Shown here piece after piece: positions 49,842 to 60,274 of a DNA stretch of 64,000 nt. Each line of letters opens with the position of its first letter. Within the stretch, counting starts at the first letter, position 1. The DNA lies in NCBI RefSeq assembly GCF_963676685.1, contig NC_092348.1, positions 58,404,001 through 58,468,000 of the forward strand, written 5' to 3'. The notes below the pieces were generated by a model. That model saw only the letters and a program-made list of their open reading frames with translations. It did no database searches and was not told where the DNA came from. This stretch comes from Mytilus edulis (taxonomy: Eukaryota). The translations under genes and the position numbers were made by a program.

Positions 49842-50588
49842 ATGACCGAAAACCACTCAGACGACGAGGACACTTTGCTTTTGCACGAGCCACCAGTACA
49901 TTCAGGTGCCAAGTCTAGTTCTGTACCACAGATAAGTGATCAAACTTTTGAACTTTTTACATCTTATTTTGATAGTAAGATTTCTTCTCTGAAGAACGAG
50001 TTAGTCTCCGGGAACGACTCCCTAGCTAAGAAGCTCAAGAAAGAGGTGTCTGTTAAGCTTAAGGGGGAAGGGAATCAGATTCAATACTCCTTCAACTCAG
50101 ATATAGTTTCCGAATTGCAGAAACTTCAGAAGCGTACATCCGCGGAAGATTCCGTTAGCACCAATTTGATATCGGGCCTTATTCTTAAAATCAACAGGAG
50201 GAATAAATTGATTCGAATTGCCGACAAGTCGCCAGCAGGCTGGTCCACAGTCAGAGAATACGAAAGTGATGACCTGGCATCAGATTCAGAAGATGAAAAA
50301 CGCTTACGGCAAGCAGAAAGCAGGGCCCTGAAGACAATCAAAGAAAAGAAAACCCGTGGAAAACCTTACTCAAAACCGTCCGCCACCGTTTCTAGACCTG
50401 CCAACCCTACTGATACTAGTAACAGTTACTATCAGCCTTACAACGCTACTCAGCAGCCCTTTCCGAGGTTCCGTCGCCGCGAGGCGACCCCATACGACAC
50501 CTGTTACGAGTGTCACCAAACTGGCCACTTCAAGAGGAACTGCCCAAAAGCAACAAACAAACCAACCTTTGGAAACTTGTCAAAGTGA
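49842..50588 (+). CDS. gag: Gag-like protein of the DIRS element
   Basis: CYECHQTGHFKRNC CCHC knuckle; RNKLIRIADKSPAGWSTVREYESDDLASDSEDEKR block; starts immediately after repeat A1. Confidence 0.9.
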   Translation: MTENHSDDEDTLLLHEPPVHSGAKSSSVPQISDQTFELFTSYFDSKISSLKNELVSGNDSLAKKLKKEVSVKLKGEGNQIQYSFNSDIVSELQKLQKRTSAEDSVSTNLISGLILKINRRNKLIRIADKSPAGWSTVREYESDDLASDSEDEKRLRQAESRALKTIKEKKTRGKPYSKPSATVSRPANPTDTSNSYYQPYNATQQPFPRFRRREATPYDTCYECHQTGHFKRNCPKATNKPTFGNLSK

Positions 50589-52599
50589 AAAGATACAAGA
50601 TGAGTATATTTCTTTTGTTGACAATTTAATGCTATTTGGTCATAGTAATGTTCTCTTTCAACATGTTAAATATTTTGATAATATAGATTTTTCAAAAATC
50701 GCCAAAGGAGTAAAATCAAGCTTATTTAAACATATAGAGTTTTGGAAACACATTGGGGCCAACAAATTTGTGTTGGACACCATTGAAAAGGGTTATATAA
50801 TTCCATTTATGAAACAACCCCCTCCAATGAAATTTCGGAATAATAAATCTGCTTTAAAAAATAGTTTGTTTGTAAATGAAGCGATAACTGAGCTAATTAG
50901 CAATGGCTGTATTCTAGAAGTACCATTTCAACCATTCGTCGTTAATCCTCTCAGTGTTGCTACACAAAAGACTGGTAAAAAGCGTTTGATTTTAGATTTA
51001 AGTGAATTGAACTTCTATGTTTTGAAAAACAAGGTAAAATTTGAAGATTGGAAAATTGCAATGGAATTCTTCCAAAAAGATCATTTTCTAATTAAATTTG
51101 ATTTAAAATCTGGATATTTTCATTTGGACATCTGTAAAGAACAACAAACATATTTAGGTTTTTCCTGGAATAACAAGTTTTACTGCTTTTCTGTATTAGC
51201 TTTTGGTTTGAGTAGCGCCCCCTATATATTCACTAAATGTTTGAGACCAATGGTAAAGTATTGGCGAGAAAATGGTGTTAATATTGTTCTTTATCTGGAC
51301 GATGGATTAAGCATGGATGAAGGTTATAAAAATTGTAAAGATACTTCTGAATTTGTAAAGTCATCACTTAAACTGGCTGGATTTATTGTCAATGAAGAAA
51401 AATCAATTTTTGAACCGGTTCAGTGTTTAGAATGGTTAGGATTGATTTGGGATTCTAAAGATTTTACTTTAAAGGTGCCAGAGCGCAGAATTAAAGACAC
51501 TAAAAATTCTCTTGATATTATACTAAAATCATTTTCAAATTTGAACGCACGTATGCTGGCTCAATTTGCCGGAAGAATTATATCAATGTCACCAGTTATG
51601 GGTAATGTCACAAATTTAATGACGAGGCATATATATTTCGCGATAGAAAACAGAAAAACGTGGGATTCAAAACTATATTTAGTATATGAAAAATGTGTAT
51701 TAGCTGAATTGAAATTTTGGCAGGAAAACTTGTTGGAGCTTAATGAGAAGCGTTTATTGAATGATTCTTTACCGAGAATTATGATATATTCAGATGCAAG
51801 TAATGTAGCTTTAGGTGCATATACTGTTGAATCAAATGAAAAGATTTTTCATTGTATGTTGAATGAAAATGAGAAAAAATTGAGTTCCACTTGGCGTGAA
51901 CTCAGGGCTATTCAGTTATCGTTGAATTCGTTTGAACACGATCTGAAATGTAAAATAGTTAAATGGCATACAGACAACCAAAATTGTGTAAATATAATCA
52001 ATAAAGGCAGTACAAAGTTGCATTTACAACATTTAGCTTATGATATTTTTAGAACATGTACAAGGTCGGGTATCACGTTGTGTCCTACTTGGATACCTCG
52101 GTGTGAAAATTTCAAAGCTGACTTCATATCTAAAATGGTTGATATTGATGACTGGCAAACCTCGTTTCAGTTTTTTACTTTCATGAATGAAATTTGGGGT
52201 CCTTACACAATCGATAGATTTGCCAATTTTCATAATACTAAACTGAAAAGGTTCAACTCAAAATTTTGGAATCCAGGAAGCACTGCTATTGACGCTTTTG
52301 CTCAAAATTGGACAATGGAAAATAATTGGATGGTTCCTCCGATAAGTTTAGTGGCTAAAAGTATTAAACATCTCATTCTCTGTAGAGCTGAGGGAACATT
52401 GATCGTTCCAAAATGGCCTTCATCGGCATTTTGGTCTTTGATTTTTAATAGAAGATTGGAATTTCAACCTTACGTTATAGAAGTTCTTGATTTTTCATCA
52501 GGTCAGAATATATTTGTTCAAGGACAGAATAAAAACTCCATTTTTGGTAACAAGCATTTTAAGTCTGATATACTGGCAATTAAGATGAAAGCGACTTAA
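50356..52599 (+). CDS. pol: Reverse transcriptase / RNase H / DNA N6-adenine methyltransferase-like polyprotein (start uncertain; first in-frame ATG 50629)
   Basis: RLILDL, KFDLKSGYFH, LAFGLSSAP, YLDD, WLG; RNase H YSDAS/WREL/TDNQ/ADFIS; MT-like IDRFA...FNSKFWNPG..AIDAF...WMVPP...LIVPKWPS. Confidence 0.93.
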   Translation: MENLTQNRPPPFLDLPTLLILVTVTISLTTLLSSPFRGSVAARRPHTTPVTSVTKLATSRGTAQKQQTNQPLETCQSEKIQDEYISFVDNLMLFGHSNVLFQHVKYFDNIDFSKIAKGVKSSLFKHIEFWKHIGANKFVLDTIEKGYIIPFMKQPPPMKFRNNKSALKNSLFVNEAITELISNGCILEVPFQPFVVNPLSVATQKTGKKRLILDLSELNFYVLKNKVKFEDWKIAMEFFQKDHFLIKFDLKSGYFHLDICKEQQTYLGFSWNNKFYCFSVLAFGLSSAPYIFTKCLRPMVKYWRENGVNIVLYLDDGLSMDEGYKNCKDTSEFVKSSLKLAGFIVNEEKSIFEPVQCLEWLGLIWDSKDFTLKVPERRIKDTKNSLDIILKSFSNLNARMLAQFAGRIISMSPVMGNVTNLMTRHIYFAIENRKTWDSKLYLVYEKCVLAELKFWQENLLELNEKRLLNDSLPRIMIYSDASNVALGAYTVESNEKIFHCMLNENEKKLSSTWRELRAIQLSLNSFEHDLKCKIVKWHTDNQNCVNIINKGSTKLHLQHLAYDIFRTCTRSGITLCPTWIPRCENFKADFISKMVDIDDWQTSFQFFTFMNEIWGPYTIDRFANFHNTKLKRFNSKFWNPGSTAIDAFAQNWTMENNWMVPPISLVAKSIKHLILCRAEGTLIVPKWPSSAFWSLIFNRRLEFQPYVIEVLDFSSGQNIFVQGQNKNSIFGNKHFKSDILAIKMKAT

Positions 52600-52828
52600 T
52601 GATGTTCGAGTTTATTTGTACATATTGTTAATTGTTTACAATATGTGAAATTTGCATTGTATTGCAAATTTGGTTCTGACACGGCTATGTATGTTGATAT
52701 AGCAAGAATACATGTAGTAAGATGTATGACACGGCTATATATGTTGATATAGCAAGGTCTAGTGAATAGTACGATGTATATGAGATATATAAAAAAAAAA
52801 AAAAAAAAAAGTTTTATAATATTATTAT

Positions 52829-53869
52829 TTGTTTATTTTATTTATACGTTTTGCAGATGTTTTTAGTACTGGTCGTTGGTCTAAGGATAAAATACCACAG
52901 AATGAAGCTCTTAGCAATCTTGCAAAATGTCTTCCAGATTATTGTTTAAATTCTAGAGCTGATAATACTAGAAAGAAATACAGGTATGCATTTAATAGCT
53001 TTTGTAAATGGTGTAATTTATTTAATATAAAGCCTTTACCGGCATCAGATTACAATGTCTCATTATATTTGATTCACTTACGAAAAAATTATAATTCTTC
53101 TGCAAAGATAGATGAAGCATATTATGCCATTCAATGGACACACAAATTAGCTGGATATGTAAATCCTTGTGATTCTTTTCTTTGTACTTCCGTAAAAGAA
53201 GGTACACAAAGGTCAATCGGTCATCACATTGTAAACAAGAAGGAACCAATAACTCCTCATATTCTTAATCAACTGGTTTTGAAATACGGCAATACAAATA
53301 GTACTTTAAATCATAGAAGAATAGCATGTATGTGTCTCGTTAGCTATGCCGGATTTTTAAGATTTTCAGAATTAGTTAATTTAAAAAGGTCAGATGTTTC
53401 ATTTCATTCATTATATATGTCTTTATTCATCGAAAAAAGCAAAACGGACCAACAAAGAGCAGGAACTCATGTTTTTATTTCCAAAACATATTCGGTTACC
53501 TGTCCAGTTCAAATGTTAGAGACATACTTGAACCAAGCGAACATTAAACACGATTCTGTAGAATTCATATTTAGATCAGTTTTATATCGTAAAAAGACTA
53601 ACACGTACGTGCTAAGGGGTCATGCGCCTTTGTCTTATACAAGAGCCAGAGAAGTACTGTTAGAGGCTTTAGAATCTTTGGGATTAGACAAATCAAAATT
53701 TGGTTTGCATAGTTTAAGAGCAGGTGGAGCAACAGCTGCGGCTGCTGCTGGTATTCAAGATAGAATATTTAAGAAACACGGTAGATGGTCTTCAGATACA
53801 GCAAAAGACGGATATGTGCGTGAAAATATTTCTGAAAAACTACTCGTTACTAAGAATCTTGGCTTGTAA
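52829..53869 (+). CDS. Tyrosine recombinase (integrase) of the DIRS element; true start probably spliced
   Basis: Catalytic R (LRFSEL), K (KSKTDQ), HxxR (HSLRAGG), HGRW and Y (DGY). Confidence 0.92.
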   Translation: MFILFIRFADVFSTGRWSKDKIPQNEALSNLAKCLPDYCLNSRADNTRKKYRYAFNSFCKWCNLFNIKPLPASDYNVSLYLIHLRKNYNSSAKIDEAYYAIQWTHKLAGYVNPCDSFLCTSVKEGTQRSIGHHIVNKKEPITPHILNQLVLKYGNTNSTLNHRRIACMCLVSYAGFLRFSELVNLKRSDVSFHSLYMSLFIEKSKTDQQRAGTHVFISKTYSVTCPVQMLETYLNQANIKHDSVEFIFRSVLYRKKTNTYVLRGHAPLSYTRAREVLLEALESLGLDKSKFGLHSLRAGGATAAAAAGIQDRIFKKHGRWSSDTAKDGYVRENISEKLLVTKNLGL

Positions 53870-56192
53870 TTTTCATACCAGTTTTTTCTTATCTACTTTG
53901 TCATTTCGAAAGTGTGCTACTCACAAGGAGAGCTCATTCCTATTGTATACATGTGTTGAGTTTTATTGACTAAATAATTTATGTTCGGTTAAGCTTGGCG
54001 AATTAGAACATAAATATATTTATTAATAGTATCGGAAGCACATGACTTGTTTGTGTTTGTTTATGTTCAACACGTGTTGATGAGCACATGGTTGCATACC
54101 TGGTTTGTTATTGTATGATTTGATTGGCTATTGTATGTCGCAATGCAGGTATTCTACCCGTTTGTACGAGGGTAGGATCGTGATTCTCGTGCAGAATCTC
54201 ATTATAAATATAAGATATTTTTATAACCAGTTATTCGAAGTTCTGCCTTTACAGAGTAGCATACCTTCCGTTTCGTTATACACATCCCCCACCCACCCCA
54301 CCCATTTTGATAGATTTAAGTTAGACAGTAATGATGTGACAAGATATATTGTAATAATAATGTATTTATTGTGTTTTGTAGATTGTTGTTGATTTTGATT
54401 TTTAGTGGGATGGAGTCCCGATACGGTGTTTTGTTATATTGAGAAAATTGTGTGATTTACTAGGAGTAATTTGATGCAGATGGATGTTTGAATGACAATT
54501 GAAATATGAATATATATGAAATGGTTTGTTGTTTGAAGAAAAATAAAGTTTAAGTGTGCTACTCACAAGGAGAGCTCATTCCTATTGTATACATGTGTTG
54601 AGTTTTATTGACTAAATAATTTATGTTCGGTTAAGCTTGGCGAATTAGAACATAAATAGTAAGGTGAGCATTATTCAACCAGGTAAATTTTCGCTAAAAT
54701 GGGCTAAATACAGGTGAGCGGATTAATCTGGCGCTTAAATGGGCTCTAATGTCGGCGCTCAAATGTCCCCTTGTAGTTTTATTTTTTTTGCTCAAATGTC
54801 CTGCGCCCGTTTTGTATACGTATACTAGACTGACACGGCAAGCTGGATTACTACCAAGCTCGATTATAAGGTGACAGTCATCAGGAAGACACATGTCACA
54901 TTACCCAGATATAATATTTCGACTCCATGTCGACCATGCAGTTGTTTGTTCTAGGAGAATCAGCAAATGCTACTGAATTGATAAGGTTTCGGTTTGACCC
55001 GACTGGAAGTGGCATCAACGCCCTACTACCACTCTACAAAGGAGGTAGTTGTTAACTTAGAACATTGACAACACAATACAAATAATGATAATAATTATCA
55101 AAAATATCAAAAATGGTCTGGCATCAGATTAAAGAAATTTGTAGTTGCAAATGAGACATAAATTAACTCAATTATTCACTATAAAAAAAGAAATAAATAT
55201 AGAAAAAAAAAACTAGAGACGTCTATCGGTTAATGTACAGTATTCAACAATAAACAAGTCAATATATACCATATCAAGCTCTCAGTCTAGAAAGAAATAT
55301 AAGAAACCACAAATCTTACATATGATAAACAACTCATACCAAAATTGAAAAAAAAACTAGACAGCTTTGGATAAATTGCTGATATGTGACTGGCATATGA
55401 CCACATGGCGATGTCAAGATAGTCCTGAGTGTTTTAGTTTTTTGGAGCCCAACCCTCCCTTGTTGATCTATGCATCAATGGAATCAAAAAGTTGTACAGA
55501 AATAATATCAAAACTAAGCCGTATTCAAGAATGCTTGTATTTTTTTTTAAAGAATGCTCAAGTTCTAGCTCTACAATGGACACAAGCACTCTAATGTTGT
55601 AGTAGCTGTAATAGGTATACGTATCACCGTACGCGTACACATAATAACCCAGTTTTAATCAGACTTATAAAATGAAGAAACAAAATTGTTTGAAAACAAA
55701 AATTATCGCTTTTTTCAGGGAAATATTTGTTTAAAATATCAAAGGTGTACGTCAAGATATGAAGCAGACCATCAATAATAAAAACAAATCACGTCTTGGA
55801 TTTTTTTTTTAAAGATTTGTCAAAAACATAAAAGTCTCAGACATGTTTGTTTTTGCAATATAGAACAAATGTAAAAAGAAAATTTATATACTTTATTGTT
55901 GTGAGACTCAGGTGGCTGAACTAGACTTGCTAATGTTCAGAAATACCTTTAATACACAGAACACCTGCGAACGGCTGTCTTTTTCAGATTTCTAGTAACG
56001 AATCAATATTGTATACAAAAACACAGGAATATTTTTCCCTTTTCTAAGAATATGGATATAGAGGACAGTCATGAAATCTATCCGTGTTAGATTTATACAT
56101 TGCGAAATATTTTCGTATTATTTTCATTTTTCGGTCTTGATAGTAGACACAAGTTGTGTGCGGTCATGAAAAATAATGATTTTAAGATATGA

Positions 56193-56236
56193 ACGTCACT
56201 GATGAGTCTTATGTAGACGAAACGCGCGTCTGGCGT
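56193..56236 (+). ncRNA. Minimal type I hammerhead ribozyme (retrozyme/PLE type), intact core
   Basis: ACGUCA-CUGAUGA-GUCU(UAUGU)AGAC-GAAA-CGCGCG-UC^-UGGCGU; palindromic stem III. Confidence 0.92.
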
Positions 56237-56887
56237 ACTAAACTATAATCCTGGTACCTTTGATAACTATTAAGAACGTTTTTTAATGTTATTTTTCTTT
56301 AAATTAAAACGCCAAAAAGATGAAAAATATACCTTGCGGCATCATTTTCGTTCGTAGTATTTTAAGAGGTTGTCAGAGAACGAAATGTCTTCCGAGTCAC
56401 GGATGTTCCTTTTAACATCGGTGCTTTACTAATTAACTCCCCTGAGTGTCTTATAAGGATTAGAGAACCATATGCTACCATCTTTAATGAATTAACAATA
56501 TTCATTGAAGTTATAGCTCGATTTTAATTAGCTAGTTGACAAATTGGGTGTCATTCTTGGTAATCGGAATATCGGAAAAATTGTTACTTTATATTTATAT
56601 TTATTTGTCATGACTATTTGACAACATTGTCTATGTATAAAGGAGACATAATGTTTAAATCATGATTTTTTTTTAGTACATACGTACTGGAAAAGTTTAT
56701 AAGTGTGAAAATACTTAGATATAATTCTGAAAAGTGCAGGTAGACAAGACTTCCTTTCGAGTTCGAGTACGATAGTATAGTTTTGGTGGAAAGTGATAAA
56801 AGAGCATATATATATAGAATTCATCTAGATAATCTTCACGGCTTTTCCTAAACGAGTACCTCGGCAGGAAAATGGAGAGTTTTGTTG

Positions 56888-57058
56888 CAGTGGCAGATCC
56901 AGAAGGGGGGGGGGGGGGGGGGGGTTCCGGGGGTTGGACCCCACCTTTTGTTTTACGATCAGTGCATTTGAATGGGGACATGTAGTTTGAACCGCCCCTT
57001 TATCCTGTGTTGGGACCCCCCCCCCCCCCCTTTTAAAAAATGTCTGGATCTGCCCCTG
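56888..57058. mobile_element. MITE with CAGTGGCAGATCCAG / CTGGATCTGCCCCTG termini
   Basis: 15-bp imperfect TIR with poly-G/poly-C interior; at most a 2-bp TG duplication. Confidence 0.72.
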
Positions 57059-57494
57059 TGGTGATGTATACCGATTTCCTATTGATACCGAAGTTAATTA
57101 ACAACCAGATCTAATGAATGCACTTTTTTATACCACTATTAAAAGGACAACGGACTTTTTACATTACATCACAATGCTATTAATGATTGGAAATTGATGC
57201 CAAATAATTCAAATTGCAACAACAAAAAAATAAACTTTTAAATCTGATGTCAAAGATTTTCTGTTCGAAAAGGAAAGCAACGAACATTTTTTTTAATAGT
57301 TAAATGTTTTAGACAATATTATTGCCATTTACTTTATGAATATAATATTTTCAATAATGCAACATATATAGACCCCATTGTAGAAAAGAAAATGGAAGGC
57401 TTATATAGACTTGTATGGGCAGTCATGGCCAGCCTTTAAGTATCAGCATTTTGTTTTGAATTTTAAGATGTATGACATTATAATGTTGATATTT

Positions 57495-57722
57495 GAGGCC
57501 CCTCATGGGGGGGGGGTCCTAGTAATCACATAATCACCAGTTTTTTGCCAATATAATCACATAATCATTAAATATTTGCTTATCTTTAGTAATCAAATAA
57601 TCATAAACTAAAAATACAGTCCTAGGTAATCAAATAATCATGAAATATTTGGCTTAATAATCAAATAATCATTAAAAAAATGGCCAAGTAATCACATAAT
57701 CAAAAACCCCACGAGGGCCCTC
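57495..57722. mobile_element. MITE with internal TAATCA(C/A)ATAATCA repeats
   Basis: TIR GAGG(C/G)CCCTC(A/G)TGGGG; ATATTT on both flanks. Confidence 0.78.
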
Positions 57723-60170
57723 ATATTTGCTTAAATAAATTTTTCTATCTTTGTCTACAGAAACGCAACACATAATATTCCGAACACCCTTTTTGCCCTT
57801 TTTAAATAAAATAAATAAAAATTCTGTCAATGAATTTCTCAACTGACATTCGGTTTCAATTCTACTTTAACAATTTGGTCTCGTGTCGACTTTTTAATTC
57901 AGACACTTGTGACTTTGTTGTCACAAAGAGTTAACATCAAAATCAAAAATGTTCTTTCAAATGTGACCACAATATGGAATAAGCGCAAATGAAAAGCTGT
58001 GAATCTGCATTATATGCTTTAATGACCAGTGTGTTTCATATATAAATATTGTGGACATTTGCCATCCAAAGTGTAAATTTCTATTTTGTTGTTAAAATGT
58101 CAAACTTATAAGTATGCAAATATGATAAGGCGTCCTTTAAAATCTCAGAATGATTGTCAATTAGAATCCCAAAGAAATGTGGGTTTGAATTTTTTTACAT
58201 GTAGATGAAAACACATGAGCAAGAATTACATTTTTTTTTTGGCATTCAGTTTCCATTACCTTGAGATGTTTCCTTTAGTATTGTGCTCGATTCTGCAGCT
58301 GAATCAAACTCAAAGACTTGGTGTTTGTTGCTTCTCCGATGTGGTATTCTTTAGTGAGTAGGAGCAAAATCTGGTAGGCTCCAAGTCAGGAACTGTGTAT
58401 TGGTAGGATATGTCTTCCTGTAAACAAGCAAGTTAAATACGGTTAGGCGAGTCGGTCTAAAACAAAAAAGGGTTCATAATGAAAATCATCTGGCATTACA
58501 TTGTTCTCATCCAGAATATGCATTAAATCTGCCGCTGGACGTTTAACAGTCATCAATTATCGTCATTTTTAAAACTATGTGCCACCAAATAATTAAAAGT
58601 TTGATACAATTTTTTTTTAAATGAATGTTTCATAATATATATAGAGAGGGTAATAAAGAAAAAAGGGCTATGCACTTGAACTCCAGCAAATAGTTCAAAC
58701 GTACGCGTTGTCGCTTTATTTTTATATAGCAGCAAAGCTCTTTTCTTTCAGTTTAAAGCAATATGTGACTTCTCCCCATAATTTTTAAATGCATGGCGAG
58801 ATACATACAGAGAGTTTTTAATTTGACATGTCAATGCAAGGCATCTCGTCTGTGGAACCTATTTTTAAAATTTAAATTGGAGTTTAAAAAAACGAATATC
58901 TTAAAAAAAGAAAAAAAAAAGAAGATATATACTTACTTCATCATGTTCATTCTCTATCCAGTTTAAAAAAAATAATAATACACCAGTAACGTCAAAAATT
59001 TAACCCTGCACCTTCAAGTAAGGGGAGGATAGACTATGAATTATGTAGTATGATCAGAGACTTATAATTTAATTGTTTTGTAGATACATTTGTAATTACG
59101 TTAATTTTAGTATAATTATTTTAATTCATATAACACCAAAAAAAAACTCGAAAAATTAAAATTAAAAGAAATATGAAAATCCCGGATTTGGGGGGAAATA
59201 AGACGAGCTAACAAAATTTCGCCTGTCCCCAAGTACCTTTGTTTATATATATATATCTTTATTCTGACAAACCTTCGTCAATACAATGGTATACAGAAGT
59301 TACATGTAATCATGGTAATAAATAGCACAGTAATAAAATAGAGAAAACATAATATGTACACTATTTACAGATATAAGTTAGAATAAACAAATCCTTGTAT
59401 GCTTTATGTTCAGACGGTAAGATCTACAGCACGTTAATTTTAACCAATCATCTGTCCGACATTAATGAATATTATGATTATGTTAGATGGGATTGTTTTA
59501 GATTTTTATATTTCATACATGTACCCCCCCCCCCCCCCCACACTCATACCACTAAAAATATAGGAAGTAAACCCCCCGGGCATGTACCCCGTTTTGCGGC
59601 CCCTTTGAACATTAAAGCATTCCCAGATGTTTTATGTTGTCTTCGCACAACTTGTGCAGATCAAGTTCGACGTTTACTTGGTCTTATTTAATTCCATTTT
59701 TAAATTTTAATATGACTTAAATTCTTTTTAAAATTAAGAAAATGTGTTCCCTAAAATATTTTTGTAAATATTTTCTTATTGGTGTTCTTAAAATAGGAAG
59801 CTCATATGAAATATATATTATTGAAAGAAAGCTTACTATAATGAATATATAGATACAACAAGTAATATTAAACAACATTTCACTTGAATTAATAATAAAT
59901 TAGTATCAAAATAATGTATGTCCCAAGGGGAGTAACTCTAGTACAATAAAAAGAAAGAAGAAAAAGGAAAAGCATCATTGATACATAAAAACGAATGAAA
60001 CAAGTGACTCTTCAAGCTGCAAAACGATGTGTTATCTCAGTTAAATAAAAACAAATGCATTGTGATATTTGCACACACACAAAAAAGACTACTAATCAAT
60101 GCACTTCACGGTTGAGCGAATCTAGCAAGTCAGTGCGTGAAAATGGGGAGATAATTTCCGCTAGATGGCA

Positions 60171-60198
60171 GTTCCTTGGCAACAACTGTTTACTTCCG
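60171..60198 (+). promoter_or_regulatory. RSPH1 proximal promoter: RFX X-box, forkhead (FoxJ1-type) and ETS-type motifs
   Basis: GTTCCTTGGCAAC (60171-60183), TGTTTAC (60187-60193) and ACTTCCG (60192-60198), about 80-100 bp upstream of the ATG of a motile-cilia gene. Confidence 0.7.
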
Positions 60199-60274
60199 CT
60201 TTTGCTGCGTTTGGAGAACAACACATTTGTTTGCATTTATTTTACTCTTACACCTTCTTACAGAAACCACCAAG

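Larger units (their letters stand above)
49569..54658 (+). mobile_element. Full-length DIRS-order tyrosine-recombinase retrotransposon with split direct repeats (PAT-like)
   Basis: A1 49569-49840 = A2 54014-54285; B1 53910-54016 = B2 54552-54658. Order is A1-gag-RT/RH/MT-YR-B1-A2-spacer-B2, and all ORFs are open. Confidence 0.95.
48962..54808. mobile_element. MITE with CATTTGAGCG subterminal repeats and 8-bp TSD GTTTTGTA, interrupted by the DIRS element
   Basis: CGGCGGAGGACATTTGA...TCAAATGTCCTGCGCCC; TSD at 48954-48961 and 54809-54816. Confidence 0.85.

Noticed and set aside
49660-49842. Identical small ORFs at 49660 and 54105
   Set aside because: By-product of the DIRS A1/A2 repeats; TTG start and no protein signature
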